DNA of 64,000 nucleotides from contig ML996688.1 in the NCBI GenBank assembly GCA_010356995.1, positions 992,001 to 1,056,000 on the forward strand, in the 5' to 3' direction. Position 1 is the first letter of the stretch. Every line of letters starts with the position of its first letter. A program made the position numbers and the translations under genes. The notes under the pieces are model-generated. The model made no database searches, was not told the origin of the DNA, and saw only the letters and a program-made list of their open reading frames with translations. Positions 20,274 through 32,257 of the stretch are shown here, in pieces. Source of the stretch: Trichodelitschia bisporula. Taxonomy: Eukaryota.

Positions 20274-22033
20274 TTAGTTCTTAATATACAAATCGACATA
20301 CTTGTCAATCTCCATGTTCTCCAGCGTCTTCGCATCAGACGCCAGCTTGGTCAGCTTCTCGATGCGCGAGGCATCGAAGTGCGGGGCTGTAAGACATTAG
20401 CCAGGGTCCAGCTCCAAACCGCTGAAGCGAAACTCACCGATGTGCTCCTTGTACTTCTTCAGAATCTCGGGCTTGGCCTCGTCACGGCGCAAGCGGTGGC
20501 CGAGAGGTGCCTCGACAACCTCCTCCTCAAGGACGGTGCCGTCCTTCAGCGTGACGGTCAGAGCGTTCGCAATGGTACGCTTAGCCGGGTCATGGTAATC
20601 GGCTGTGAACTGCGGGTCCTCGACACAGCTAATCTTCTGGCGCAAGCTCTCAACCAGCGGGCTAGTCGCCGCCTCCGAGCCATCCGAGTAGTCCGTCGCA
20701 ACCAGACGATCAAAGACGAACATAGTCGCAACCATGTACTGAACGCAATGATCGCGATCAGCAAAGTTATCCATCGCCTTAAACTGCTTATCAATAATCC
20801 GAATGCAAGCCTCATGCGTGCGGTTAACCACAGACTCAATATCCGCCGCCGTCTTGCCCATCTCACGAAGCTTAACGTTCAGCCGCTTCGCCGCCTCGAT
20901 GGCGGTCTGCGAGTGGAACTCAGCGGGCCAGGACACCTTGAACAGCACGTTCTCCATGACGTAGCTGCCGTACGCGCGCTGGAACTTGAACGGCTTGCCG
21001 CCGAAGTTGACGTCGTAGAAGCCCCAGGTGGGAGTGGAGAGCACGGTCGGGAGACCCGCTTCGCCGCGCTGCACCTTGAGGACCAGGTTGACGGCCTTCT
21101 CGCAGGCGTCGCCGGCGGCCCACGACTTGCGGGACATGGTGTTGGGCGAGTGGCGGTAAGTACGCATGGACTGGCCGTCGACCCAAGCCTGGCTCACAGC
21201 ATCGCGGGTCTGGGCTTCGGTAAGGCCGAGCATGCCCGCCACGACGGCGGTGGACGCAACCTTGACAAGCACAACGTGATCGAGGCCAACCTTGTTGAAG
21301 CTATTCTCCAGCGCCATGCAGCCCTGAATCTCATGCGCCTTGATCATGCCCTCAAGCACATCCCGCACGGTGAAGATCTTGCCATTAGCCAGATTGCCCC
21401 CAGCGCGGTTGGTGCGGTTGACCCAGTCGGCGACGGCGAGGATGGCGCCCAGGTTGTCCGAAGGATGGCCCCACTCGGCGGCCAGCCAGCAGTCGTTGAA
21501 GTCCAGCCAGCGGATCATGGCGCCGATGTTGAAGGCGCCGAGGACAGGGTCCAGCTGGTAGTTTGTGCCGGGGACGCGGGTGCCGTTGGGGACGACGGTG
21601 CCGGGGACGACGGGGCCGAGGATGTTCTTGCATTGCTCGAATTCGAGGGCCTTGAGGCCGCAGCCGAGGGTGTCGAGGAAGACCCAGCGGGCGGTGTCGA
21701 ACTATAGTACACCAGTTAGAGAGGCTCGAAAAGAAGCCAGGAGGGACAAAAGCTTACGGCAACCTCGGAATCGATCTTATACTTGTGGATGTACTCGGCC
21801 ACATCCGTGATCTCCTTGTCCCACGTCTGCGGGACGGCCGGCGGCGGGGCACCGCTACGGAGAGCAGAGCCGGTGGTGAAAGAGGCGCTCATTGTGGCTG
21901 CGGGTGCGTAGGACACACGCTTGAGCCCAGCGGCAACGGGACGGACGAGGCGGGCGGAGTTCCGGACAGAGAGAGCTTCACGACGGATCGACGTCGATGC
22001 GAACCTGCAAGCGCTGCGACTGAAGGCCGACAT
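20274..22033 (-). CDS. prpD: 2-methylcitrate dehydratase (MmgE/PrpD family), mitochondrial. Exons 22033-21758, 21701-20438, 20386-20274
   Basis: Arg/Ser-rich transit peptide, IRWLDFNDCWLAAEWGHPSDN, YRHSPNTMSRKSWAAGDA, PAEFHSQTA, ADRDHC, and two canonical introns. Confidence 0.95.
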
Positions 22034-22374
22034 GGTCAAATGCTGAACCAATTGGACGACTTTGCAGCGTCAATTGACCAAGGAGGGGAAGTTCCAAAAA
22101 CGCACCGGAGAACTTTGGAAGGAAGAGAGGGGAGAGGAGAGGATATGTAGTTTTGTGGGATGTGGGGAGGTGGGGGAGCGGCGGAGTTTTGTGGAAGAGC
22201 TTCGGCGGCGTGGGCGGGTAGCTGAGGGAGGAACGGCTCGGGTATGCTAGAACTAGTGCTAGAGAAATTGAAGCGGTTGGAGAGATGTTCGCACACAAAT
22301 CTCACTATCCAGTGCTCCAAAGCTCGAAGGCGGGGCGGATGAAGAAGCCGAAGCCAGGCCGTGACGTCTGCAGT

Positions 22375-22399
22375 GCCCGAGGTGAGAAGCCCGAGGTGA
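22375..22399. promoter_or_regulatory. Tandem GCCCGAGGTGA repeat containing two CCGAGG/CCTCGG cores (candidate FarA/FarB-type sites) upstream of prpD
   Basis: CCGAGG at 22377-22382 and 22391-22396, ~350 bp upstream of the ATG. Confidence 0.5.
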
Positions 22400-23264
22400 C
22401 CCGTCGACCCGTGAGAGAGCCGGAGCGATCAGCCAGTGTAAAGCCACTTTTCTGCTGCCACTGGCTGCTGCAAAGGAACTGCTTCTCCTGCGTCGAAGCC
22501 ACACGCTCGTGACACTCTGCTCCTCCCGATCTGCACGCAAGCCACACCACTCCTGTCAATCCCGAAGCCGACTCAACGACTCGCCCTCGCCCCGGTTTGT
22601 ACCGCTCATCAACTTCCTCTCGGCCGAGCGGCGAGAAGAGCTCCTCACGGGGGTCGCCGGGGTAAGGTTAGAACGCGGGGCCAAAGTCACGGGAATATGG
22701 ACAACACCGGCCAAAGTCACGAGAATGTGGGGAGAAAAGATACGGCGCCGACACCGCAGCTGCTTGAACTAGCTTCCCTTGTCCGTCCACCAACCCGCAG
22801 TCCCGCAGCGCAAAATGACCCCACATACCGCAAGTTCAGCGTGACCTTGTGTTTGCTGGCGGTTCATGCTGGTTCTCAAGGTGCTTTGCTACGAATGTTG
22901 GGTTGCTGACGAGATCTTTTTGTGCAGTATACGTACTTGTACATCAAAAGATACATCCAGAGGTACTGTGGTGTCGGTACATTCAGAGGTACATTGATTG
23001 ATGCAAGGGAAAGGATCCTTCGCTGGCATAAAAAGGACCTTCACATCACCACCACTCCAATTAGATGCCCAAGGCTGGAGCTACCCACCCCCCTCCCCCT
23101 CTCTCCTTCCCTCCAACACAATGTGTCTCTCACCGTCTCAGAGGCAAATCACATCCTCGCATTCCTCTCTCCACACAAGAATTCCTCCCTCCACCCTCTT
23201 TCTCTCCCATTCTCCACCTCCTCAGCTGCACGCTGCATAGCTGCATGACTTACATAAAGCCAGC

Positions 23265-24375
23265 TCACTCTCCCAGCGCCGACGTATTTACCTTCACCAA
23301 ATAGCCATCGTCGACAAGCCCACCCACAGCCTTCAGCATCTGGAACTGGACCCCCATGGCAGGCTGGCCAAACCACGGCGCAATAGGCCCCGCCAGCACC
23401 ACGAGCGGACGCGCGACGGCATACACGTGGTAGTTGAAAGGGTATGCGGCACCGGACGCAGCGTTGAGATTGGTGGGCGGCAGCGCACGCTGGGCGTAGG
23501 GTGCGCCCGCGGGGCTCATAAAACTGCCGTACTCGGACCCGAAGCGGTCGAGCAGCGTGCCCGCGGACAGCGTTAGGTTGCCCGCCATTGGCCGGCCCGC
23601 CGTGTCGAGTGCGAACCCGCTTGACCCCGGGTAGACGTACAGCCCGTCGAACCCCGTCCACTTGGCAAGATAGTCCCCTGGACACAGACCGCCGAAACGG
23701 TGGTACGTGCTGGCACTGCCTGCGACCGCGGCCAGTGGGATGCCTGTCGGAAGAGCTACCGGTCCAAGTCTGGGGTCGCCGCAGACGAATTGCGTGACAT
23801 CGCCGCTGCGAGTGGTGCCAGCGCAAAAGTCGGGGCAGCGGGAGGGGTTGAGGTCCGTCTGTCACGTGTCAGATATGGAGTCTTCTTTCGGGGATGCCCG
23901 TTGGGGGAGGGTGGAGTGGACGTGGGAGTGGAGGCGTCTAGGGCGTCACGGCGTCTAGCCACCTCAAGGGCCCAGCCCTACACTCTCCTCCAAGGGGCAC
24001 GAGCTGCCGCAGAACGACAAGCCAGCACTAGCATGAGGGATCAGGCGGAATGCGGATGACGAGCCGTGGAGCGGCAAGCTGTCTGTCTGCCCTTGTCCGC
24101 CTCCACAGGTATACATCCCCAACAGTCCGGGAGCAGAGGTATATTGGCCCTCGATAGAGACAGCACACACTACAAGGAGACCAACACGTTTAGAAAAGGC
24201 CTGTCATATCTGCAAACTACCCACCGGGACCGTGCTATTTTGGGGGAGAGTAAAAAGGCTGAAGGGGTGAGAAGCAAAAACAATAACCTACATCACGCTT
24301 GTCCAGCCGACCCATTGGCGCCGCATTCACCAACGATAGCAAGAAGAGTGTCTGCGTAAGAGCAAAGGCATACAT
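23265..24375 (-). CDS. Secreted/cell-surface TNT-domain NAD(P)+ glycohydrolase (fungal NADase), ~225 aa. Exons 24375-24292 and 23858-23265
   Basis: Signal peptide MYAFALTQTLFLLSLVNA with a KR site. A phase-0 intron (GTAGGT...CTGAC...CAG) joins it to CPDFCAGT...CGDPRLGP...RFGGLCP...LDRFGSEYGSF...RALPP...YHVY...IAPWFGQPAMGVQF. Extra micro-exons inside the long intron are not excluded. Confidence 0.85.
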
Positions 24376-26198
24376 CTTGGGAGGAATGGATGGACGAGAT
24401 TCAGTTGAGAGCTGCGGGAGAGAACGGAGTGAGAAATTGAAGTAGCTGAGAGCAAGCGACGCGGTCACAGATTTGAAGGAAAGCGCCGACCGTCTTTACG
24501 CCCAGCGGTATGCCGCCGCAGTCGGCGCCCTGCGATATACTGTACCACCATGCCCACGCTCCGTTCAAGCTGAGCTCGCACGGCCTCACTTTGCTCGTGC
24601 TGAGAGTGCGGGGACAGGCTGCTGTGCCTCTTTCGAATGTCGCGAACGCTCTCGAGTCACAATTGGCGGTGCCGGACCCGAGGGATCCAAGGCGATGGGC
24701 TGCCAAAAAACCCAACGCGCCCAATGTAGCAGCCAAAAAGGGCGTTCGAAGTGGACGATCAGCTGGGGAAAGAGGGCGGGAAGGCCCGCGCTGGAGGGAC
24801 CATGCAGACAAAGTTAGCCAATTGAAGTGCGGTTGGTAACCCATTACGATCGGAGGCGGGCACGGCGGCAGAGGGGCTGGCGGTCCGTGACCATCAAATT
24901 GTGAGATGCGCGGAGGCCATGCATGCGCCATGAGCTGGGCCGGTTTAGCACCGGCGCACAGAGGACCATGCAGTACGACATGTTGAAGGCAGCAGCCAGC
25001 ACACCCCGCAAATGGGCCGATCGCACGACATCGGCAAGACTAGGGAAGGGGAAATAGGTGAGTGAAATTGAATGACTGGAAGCGAAAGAACAACAAGAAC
25101 AAGCAGTGAAGAAGCAATGCATACTGTGAACTGCCTATGAAACTAGCGAGAAGCTTGTCTGTGCAGTGGAAAGATTGCTGCAAGGAGGGGTATCGTGGAC
25201 AGCTCTCACGTCCACTTCCGAGCTCTTTACATGCAGATGCGCCGCATGTCGGTGCATGATGCTCTCGGGAGGCGCAGCTGGCCAGAGGAATTGTTGAATT
25301 CGACTGGGGAGGGAGGGTCGAGAAGGAGTTTGAGAGGAAGCAGCTATGAGTACCGGCAGGATATGAGGAAAGTTGGTGGTTTGGTTGGTATCCCAGAAGC
25401 GCTGGTTGTCTGTCGTCTGTAGTCAGTTGTTTGGTGATGGTGTGTAGATTTCTCTCCACTCCAGTCGATTTACCACAACTCCAGTCGATTCAGCCGCGTT
25501 TGCCGGACAATTGTGAGTGGCAGGTTCGCCCGGACGACAGATGCAACCGTGGCTACGTAGGTACAAAGTACTTGCATCACAGCAGACCACAAGTGGAGAT
25601 CGGCAGGTGGAGAACAAAGTGTACGACAACGATACCGGGCGTATGTTGGCTTATCGCGAACCGATGAGATTAGATAGGCCCTCAAACGATTGTCTCCCAG
25701 TATTTCCTAGAATCATGTACTTAGGTAGAGCTGTTACCGAGCCATATCCTTCCCGCATCACCCGTCGCCCATCATCCCTAGTTCTCAATCCCTACTTCAT
25801 CCCTACTCAACCTCTAGTGCATCGTCGTCTCTATCCATCCATTCTCTCTCCCACCCCTCCATCTCACTTCTCACATCCCTCCCCCCCCTCCTCATCATCT
25901 TCCACCTCCCACCCACCGCCCCAGCCAAACCCAAGAAGCCCCACATGCGCCCTGCCTGAACACTAGAGTCTCACTAGTTCCAAGGGAACTGCAGCAAGCC
26001 CAGCAAGCCCACGATATCCTAATCATCGTGCTACCCCCCTCCAAAAGAAAAAGGACCAGTAACCTTCCTTGCCGAGCTGCATTTTCTTCGTTCTCCTCCC
26101 ATCTGCCCAAAACGAAAAAAAATTAAGTATACTATCAGTCGTCCAGTTGCACCATCAAACGCCGTACATCACCACAAATGGTTACTGTTTCCTCTTTC

Positions 26199-28723
26199 AT
26201 GGCCGATACTATCACTATACCCTCGCCGTCCGTGTTCTTGACGTCTCCGCTTATCGAGCATGCAAGCCCCCCAAAAGCACAGACACCAGCCCGCAGGAGA
26301 GCTCCTTCCTCAACAACCACATCCAAACATAACCCTCAAGCACCTTTCCCCGCTCATGGATCCAAGGACGGCGTCATTAAGCAAAAGCAGTCGAAGAGCA
26401 GAAATGGCACGTCTCGTTTCGCCGCTGCCGACCTTCGCTAACATGCCGAACAAACAGGCTGCGTTACATGCAAAGCCAAGCGCCTGAAGTGTGACGAGAC
26501 GAAGCCTACGTGCCAGCAATGCTCACGGCGGAATGTTGAATGCGGTGGGTACAAGAAAGACTACAAGTGGAGAACGTTCGCCGAGATCAACTACTGCGAG
26601 GCGAAACCGCCCGGCGGCGCGGGCAAGAAGAGTCCCCCCCAGAAGAAACCGAAGACGAAACAGTTGACGTCATCGTCAAATGGCTCAACTCCGGAGATTG
26701 CGGGTGGTAGTCCAATTGGAAGTTCAACGGGCAATGGAGTCCAGCCTTCCTTTCCTGTCAGGGAGTCTCCTGAGCAAGAGCTCAACATGTCTCCCGGCAA
26801 CGGAATGACGACCTTCATGGACTTTTGCAGCTTCGGCAGCGCTTCCACTCCGCTGATGTCCCCGCTGGGGACTCCCAGGTCTCCTTTGGATGGTATTCTG
26901 TCGACCTCTGTTGGGTCTGTACTGCCGACTCCCATTCGTACCTCCCCGCTTTCGACTGGTCTGGCTCATACGCCCCCCTATCTGGAATTCAGCCCGACGA
27001 TGTCAGACTTTAGCCCGACTATTTCTTCTGCGGCACTGTTTACCCCGAACACAGAGCAAATGGATGACTCCGAAGTGGAGGGGGTGATACGGACTGGATA
27101 TGCCGCGCTCGCTGAGCCATGGACACCGCCTATGTCGGTCCTCTGTTCTCCCAAAGTGTCTCCCAGTTTCAACTCGCTCAGCTTCGACATGGACTCATTC
27201 CCAATTTACCGCCAACTAACACCACTGACTGACAGCCCCGAGCAACTTTGTCTCCGTTTCGATCGGCAAACCTGTGGCATTCTGTCCATGAAAGACGGTC
27301 CGACGGAGAATCCCTGGCGGACGCTTATCTGGCCTTTGGCCCATGAAAGTTCAGCACTATATCACGCCATTGCCTCCATGACCAGCTTTCACACATCGAA
27401 GAACCAGCCGCAGCTGCGCGTTCATGGCATCGACCATATGCGCTCGAGCGTGGAAGAGTTAGCGAGGGGCATTGCTGACATGAACTACGACACGGCAATT
27501 GCAACGACATTGGCGCTTGCCTTTGCCGAGTCCTGGGACCAACACATCTCGACTGGTATCAACCACATCAAGGGAGCCAAAATCCTCGTCAGTCAGGCCA
27601 TTGCGTGGCACAAGCAAACCCCCTTTTCCGGCTACAAACTGGAGCGTCTCAAATTCCTGACGAACGCATGGGTCTACATGGTACGTCCGCCTGCTCCTTT
27701 AGTCCCATCACTGACAGTGTAGGACGTGATCGCACGGCTCACATCGATGGACAAAGACGAATCCGAGGACTTTGACGCCGTGTACTCGCAGCTCTACAAC
27801 CTCTACGGCCACCACTCCCCAACCGCATCCGTTGACCCCCTTATGGGCGCCGCAGCATCTCTCTTCCCCGTCATTGGGCGCGTCGCTAACCTAGTCCGCC
27901 GCGTCCGGCGCGAGACTTGCAACTCGCCGGCCATGATTTCGCGCGCCATGCAACTCAAGGCAGCACTAGAGAACTGGGAACCGCCTACGCTCTCCGAAGT
28001 CCCCCAGGACCCAACCACAAACGTGCAGCACAGCCTGCAAACGGCCGAAGCCTACCGTTGGGCCACGTTACTGTACCTACACCAGGCTGTTCCCGAGATC
28101 CCGTCGGAGAGCAGCGCTGAGCTTGCGAAGCGCGTCATGTGCTTCCTGGCCACGGTGCCGCTATCCAGTCGCACGGTTATTGTGCATATTTACCCCCTTA
28201 TAGCGGCGGGGTGCGAGGCTCAAGGGGCTGAGGATAGGGGGTGGGTACGGGGGCGGTGGGAGGCGATGGCGGCGCGCATGAAGATTGGGGTTATTGATCG
28301 GTGTCTTGAGGTGGTGAAGGAGGTTTGGAACAGGCGGGATGCTTATGAGGCACGAGGCAGAGCGGAGGGGAGTCCAGTCCCTGTGAAGCGCGCGTTTAGC
28401 TTTGATGAAGAGGATTTTGATCGCAAGGTTGTGATGGGGTTGGACGGGGATGAGTGGGCGGTTGCGGAGGAGGGGTATGAGGGAAGGAAGCGGAGGGTGC
28501 TGGGTGTGGAGGAGGAGGATGAGTATGGCTTTCCTCGCGTGGTGAAGATCAGTCGTAAACGTAAGACGAGCCGCGATGCGATTACGGGAGATTTAGATGT
28601 GGAGTTTACGGTTAAGGGGAGTTTGCATTGGCTGGGGGTTATGAAGGACTGGAATTGGGAAGGTATGTTCGCTTTTCATGGCTTTTTGGACATCGGCTAA
28701 TGGGGACAGTGCTTCTGGGGTAA
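26199..28723 (+). CDS. Zn(II)2Cys6 transcription factor with a Fungal_trans_2-type C-terminal domain. Exons 26199-26406, 26458-27680, 27723-28662, 28710-28723
   Basis: KSRNG|CVTCKAKRLKCDETKPTCQQCSRRNVECGGY, NPWRTLIWP, DPLMG, AEAYR and C-terminal HWLGVMKDWNWEVLLG. The first intron is GC-AG. Confidence 0.9.
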
Positions 28724-30300
28724 ATTGACTACCATTGTACGGTTCCTGGTTGCTGGGGTTTGGGTGATGGGTTCAACCCTACGAAATTGGCGAGCTTAGC
28801 ATGGCGTCTGGGGGCTGCAGAGGACTAATTGAGGGATCAGGAGGTCATAAGAGAGAGGTTTACTTGCTGTACTACGACTTCAGGGACTGGGGACGAGAAA
28901 AATGTCTGAGCTTTAGGCGAGCTTTTTGGACATGATACCGACTGAATGGGATATTTTTGGAACTGTAGCAGTTTGAAGCACGGTCACTTTGGGCATGGCA
29001 TCATTCGGGCTTCGGGACATCAACTGCCAGCGAACTGGTGCTCTTTTCCTTCGGACAGCAAATGGATTACGGGTAATGGGAACGCTTGATCGAGGGATGT
29101 GATGATCTCAATTCTCGCCATGTATGCGGGGGCAAATTGCTTCACCGGGTCCTTCTCCTCATCTCCCCGTCCTCCGTAATCCCGAACAAGCCCGACCCTC
29201 CCATTCTCGGTCTACGATAACTCCGCCCCGCGATATCAATCCACACGATAAGCCAGGAGTCGTTCCCGCTGCCAACTTTAACCTACCGTACAGTAGCCCC
29301 GCATGCAACGCGCCAACCTTCCGCCCTTAGCGGCGCCGAGCCTCCGTCATGTCAGTGCCGTATGCAGCTCATATTCAAGGAACCAGCATAAACCGTTCGC
29401 TTCGCTTCGCCGTCCCGTAAGCTTGTTCTCCGCTCGTGGGCTATCCGCCGTTAACCCATCCGTCACTAGCCCCTCATAGCCAGGCCCCACATCAGCCCTA
29501 CACCGCACATACACAGGCAGACACATACCGGCGGGGGGTGGAGCGCTAAGGCGCGGGGGCTCAGTGTAGTGCAAACTTTTACTTGCCGAGAGCGGGGACG
29601 GGATTCTTCGGGCCGGACCGGGAGGTGGGGCGTAAGGTTTCGGCTGCGGGGGGCGGGAGGGTAGATTGCAGGGTGTGCTCGATTAGGAAATTTTTTCCCG
29701 TTGATTGCGGGCCTGAGGGGTTCAGGCTTGGAACTGGGAGGAAGGTCGGGGGGAGGGACGGAGAGGGGTGGGTGGTACAGTGAAGGGAGAGGTTGTGGGG
29801 TTTGTGATTGTACGACGGGTTCGTGATTCGTGCTTCGGTGGGTTGTGCGGTGGTGGTGGGGAGGGGAAGGGGCGAGGGAAGGTGCGGGGCAGGCGTCTTG
29901 GACGGGGGCGAGGGATGTTGATATCGCCTGTCTTTGCGGATGATGAACCTCGACATCGCTTTCAGCATGCGGAATCCTATCCCTTCCCCGCCAGCATCTC
30001 TGCCTCCTACCAGTTGTACCTCGCCCACCCATCGCCCATTCCATCCCAGCAAACCCTCTCAGCCTCGCCCTTCCCCATCCAGCAAAACAATCCAGAGCAC
30101 GCCTTCCTTCACCCATTCCAAATGACATATATCCCCCCTCTCCGCGCGCGTGTAACTCCTAATCATCAGGCCTCCCTCCCCTCCCCCACATTACCTCCTC
30201 CAACCGCTGTTAGCCGCGGTACGTACCGTCCCGATCCCGCCCCCACCATGTCCGTCATCGCTAACTCAGCCTCGCTCAGCCCTAAATCCACCCCAGCACA

Positions 30301-30800
30301 ATGTCCGACTCCACCACCGCCCCAGTAGCAATGTCCTTCTACCCCAACGCCTCCAGCGAAGGCACCAAAAGTCTGCCCCTAATCGCGCATGAGAACCACT
30401 TCCTCGGCGACGTATCCACCAGGTGCCTCAACCCCCACCGTCCCTCCTTCTCCCAAGCCCTAACCCACCCTAACCCACCCCCAGCTCCGACCCAGACAAA
30501 CCCATCTCCGCCGGCTTCTACCGCCTGCAGCCCGGGCCAGCCCTAACATACACCTACACGTACCATGAGCAGAAGATCGTGCTCGAGGGGACGATCCGCG
30601 TAGCCGATGAGGCTGGCAACGTGCACGAGGCGAAGGCGGGGGATGTGCTGTACTTCCCCAAGGGCTCGACGATCACGTTTAGTACTGAGGGCGGGGCTTT
30701 GGCTTTTTTCGTAAGCGATGATCCCGGGATAAAGGAAGGGTGATGATGAGGGCTAATGATGAATGTGTAGGTCGGGCAAAGGGCCAAGGGCGCGATATAA
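30301..30800 (+). CDS. EutQ-like cupin protein. Exons 30301-30422, 30485-30710, 30771-30800
   Basis: Spliced product ...FLGDVSTSSDPDKPISAGFYRLQPGPALTYTYTYHEQKIVLEG...AKAGDVLYFPKGSTITF...FFVGQR, with canonical introns. Confidence 0.85.
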
Positions 30801-31030
30801 ACGGGCATGATGGCAAGTGCAGGTGGCATTAGATCGAGCTACGAGAGGAAATTACAGTAGGCCGTACGTGGAAACTGAAATCACCTTTGCCCAAACTCCC
30901 ATCCTATTACCAAGTTTCACTGAACTCCTGTCCCATCCCATGTGTCCGCACATCCGTATCTCGCACGAGTCTAGCACCATTCATCTTCTAATGCCATCCC
31001 TCGTCAGCCGCAGTTCTCCTTCCCGAGCAG

Positions 31031-32257
31031 TCAACGCCACTTACCACCCCTGACGATGCCCCAAAACTCCACCCGGCGAGTATGCAGCGGGTGACCACGC
31101 GCAAACGACTCTCCAGGCTTGGCCCAGTACTCCGATTCCACGACCTTGATCGGCACGCCAGCACGGTTGATACGGTGAGCGAGCGTGAGGAAGGGAGCCG
31201 TAATGCGGGTGCGGCGCTCGATAGCCACTTCATCGCACTTGGTATCCATCCACTGAATTGTGAGAAGCTCGAGATTATCCGCCCCCGCAGCAATTGTGTT
31301 GTAAGCCGCCTGCGAGCGACACTGAAGCACCGAATCCAGCATGTCCGTGTTCGGGGCATTCACGGCGTCGAGGAAAACGCCATCCCAAGTGAAACGCACG
31401 AAAATCTTGCGCACCTTCCTGAGCGGAGAGTGGGGCTGCTTCTGGATCATATCAAGCATGTCTTCGAAGAAGCTCAGATGCGAAAAGCCCTGGCAGACGT
31501 TGAGGAATAGCGTAGTGCGCGCGTAGTGCCACTGAACTGCCTCGGCGTACAGCTGCCGGTTGATGAGGAGGAGCTTGACGGGCGGCGGCCAGTCCGAGAG
31601 CTTCATGATCGGCAGCATGTGCTGGTACTTGGTCCGGCGCCCGATGGACGTAATGCTCAGATTGCGCAGCTTTATAATTTGGCGGAGGTAGAAACGCATT
31701 TGACGCTTCTCACCATCATGCAGCCAGCGCAACGCAGGCGTGTCCGCGCAAACGAAAATATTGTAGTCGCGCTGATTTAGTTCTGCGCCGTCTGGAGCGA
31801 TGCCGTGGGGACCCACAACGGCCTTCAAGGTGGCCTCGAGGTTCGCAAGCTCGGCCGCGTCGGCCTCGTCGTCCGCGTCGCTCGCGGCAGCTCCGTTCGC
31901 CTTGTTCGCAGCAGCTGCGCCGTTGAGGGCAAGGCCGAGGCCGTCAAAGTCATCAGGCTCGCCCATGTCCCCGGCTGGGTGGTGGTAATCTGGGTTAGGA
32001 ACGTACACGTTGCCGATCATTTTCTTGAAGTCGTGCTTCGGGTCGTCGCCCTCGAGCAAGTAAAAGTGCTGCCAAAGCCACTGGTTCTGCCCCGGGAAAG
32101 GATAACGTGTGGCTGGTTTAGGTCGAGGCACGCTAGGGTCGACTTCCTCCAACCACTTCTTCAGCCGCAGGTCAGGGCCATCCTTGGTGACGGAGACGAA
32201 CTCGAAGATGAGCTGGCGGATCTCCAGAGGCAGAGTGAGCAGGGTGAGGGGAGCCAT
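31031..32257 (-). CDS. Hypothetical protein, 408 aa, with an F-box-like N-terminal motif
   Basis: Long ORF with GC3-biased codons. LLTLPLEIRQLIFEFV and LLLINRQLYAEA are motifs common in fungal F-box-like hypothetical proteins. Confidence 0.7.
   Translation of the reverse strand: MAPLTLLTLPLEIRQLIFEFVSVTKDGPDLRLKKWLEEVDPSVPRPKPATRYPFPGQNQWLWQHFYLLEGDDPKHDFKKMIGNVYVPNPDYHHPAGDMGEPDDFDGLGLALNGAAAANKANGAAASDADDEADAAELANLEATLKAVVGPHGIAPDGAELNQRDYNIFVCADTPALRWLHDGEKRQMRFYLRQIIKLRNLSITSIGRRTKYQHMLPIMKLSDWPPPVKLLLINRQLYAEAVQWHYARTTLFLNVCQGFSHLSFFEDMLDMIQKQPHSPLRKVRKIFVRFTWDGVFLDAVNAPNTDMLDSVLQCRSQAAYNTIAAGADNLELLTIQWMDTKCDEVAIERRTRITAPFLTLAHRINRAGVPIKVVESEYWAKPGESFARGHPLHTRRVEFWGIVRGGKWR

Noticed and set aside
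20379..21707. 442-aa plus-strand ORF
   Set aside because: Antisense shadow of the strongly codon-biased prpD gene; no recognisable motifs.
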